From NCBI GenBank assembly GCA_051362555.1, contig CM120640.1, forward strand, positions 31,081,967-31,145,966: DNA of 64,000 bases, read 5' to 3'. Made by a program: the position numbers and the translations under genes. Every line of letters begins with the position of its first letter. Position 1 is the stretch's first letter. Below the pieces are notes generated by a model, which searched no databases, was not told the origin of the DNA, and was given only the letters and a program-made list of their open reading frames with translations. Shown here piece by piece: positions 63,631-64,000 of this stretch. This DNA is from Lingula anatina (Eukaryota; Animalia; Brachiopoda).

Positions 63631-64000
63631 GGACTAAATGTTATAATTTTGGAGTTACCATAATGTGCCTTAAATTTCGTACAGAAAAAATTAATTAAAA
63701 TAAAGAAAATGTCATTTTGGTCAAAATTCTTGAAATAGGAGGTGCTCTTAAGTTTCAGAAGTTCAAATTTGATGAAATAATGTCATTTTTGAACACAAGT
63801 TGTCTGCTTTGCCAAGCCTTATGTTTTATTTTTCCAGAGTTCAAAATTTATTATCCATTACCGTACTGCACATTTTGCTTTTACCACCAATATGTACTTT
63901 TTGATACAGCGTAACTCGAAAACCGTATGGAATACAAAAAAACCGAGACCACCTCCAGTGTTGGGCTTTACATGCTCTACAAAATGCAAAAAAGAATGGG

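Overview
AT-rich, intron-rich eukaryotic (invertebrate-like animal) genomic DNA; no prokaryotic genes, rRNA, intact tRNA or CRISPR seen. Bases 1-22873 are the right-hand end of a composite satellite: about 83-85 monomers of 189-193 bp interrupted 15 times by a ~460 bp cassette that appears copied from the array's own right margin. The rest is a transposon-dense region (RTE, CR1-like and Rex1-like LINE remnants, SINE-like elements, a Tc1 fragment, MITEs, three Helentron/HINE-like families with internal tandem repeats). It hides one apparently intact spliced gene that the ORF track shows only in part. Three coding exons (39402-39486, 47406-47460, 50508-50661) join in frame to a 97-aa secreted precursor (signal peptide, propeptide, RRR site, 8-Cys knottin, amidation Gly-Lys) of the agatoxin-like peptide type, with a candidate TATA box and non-coding first exon near 38830-38890. 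All calls were made by eye without database searches; repeat boundaries and copy counts are approximate.
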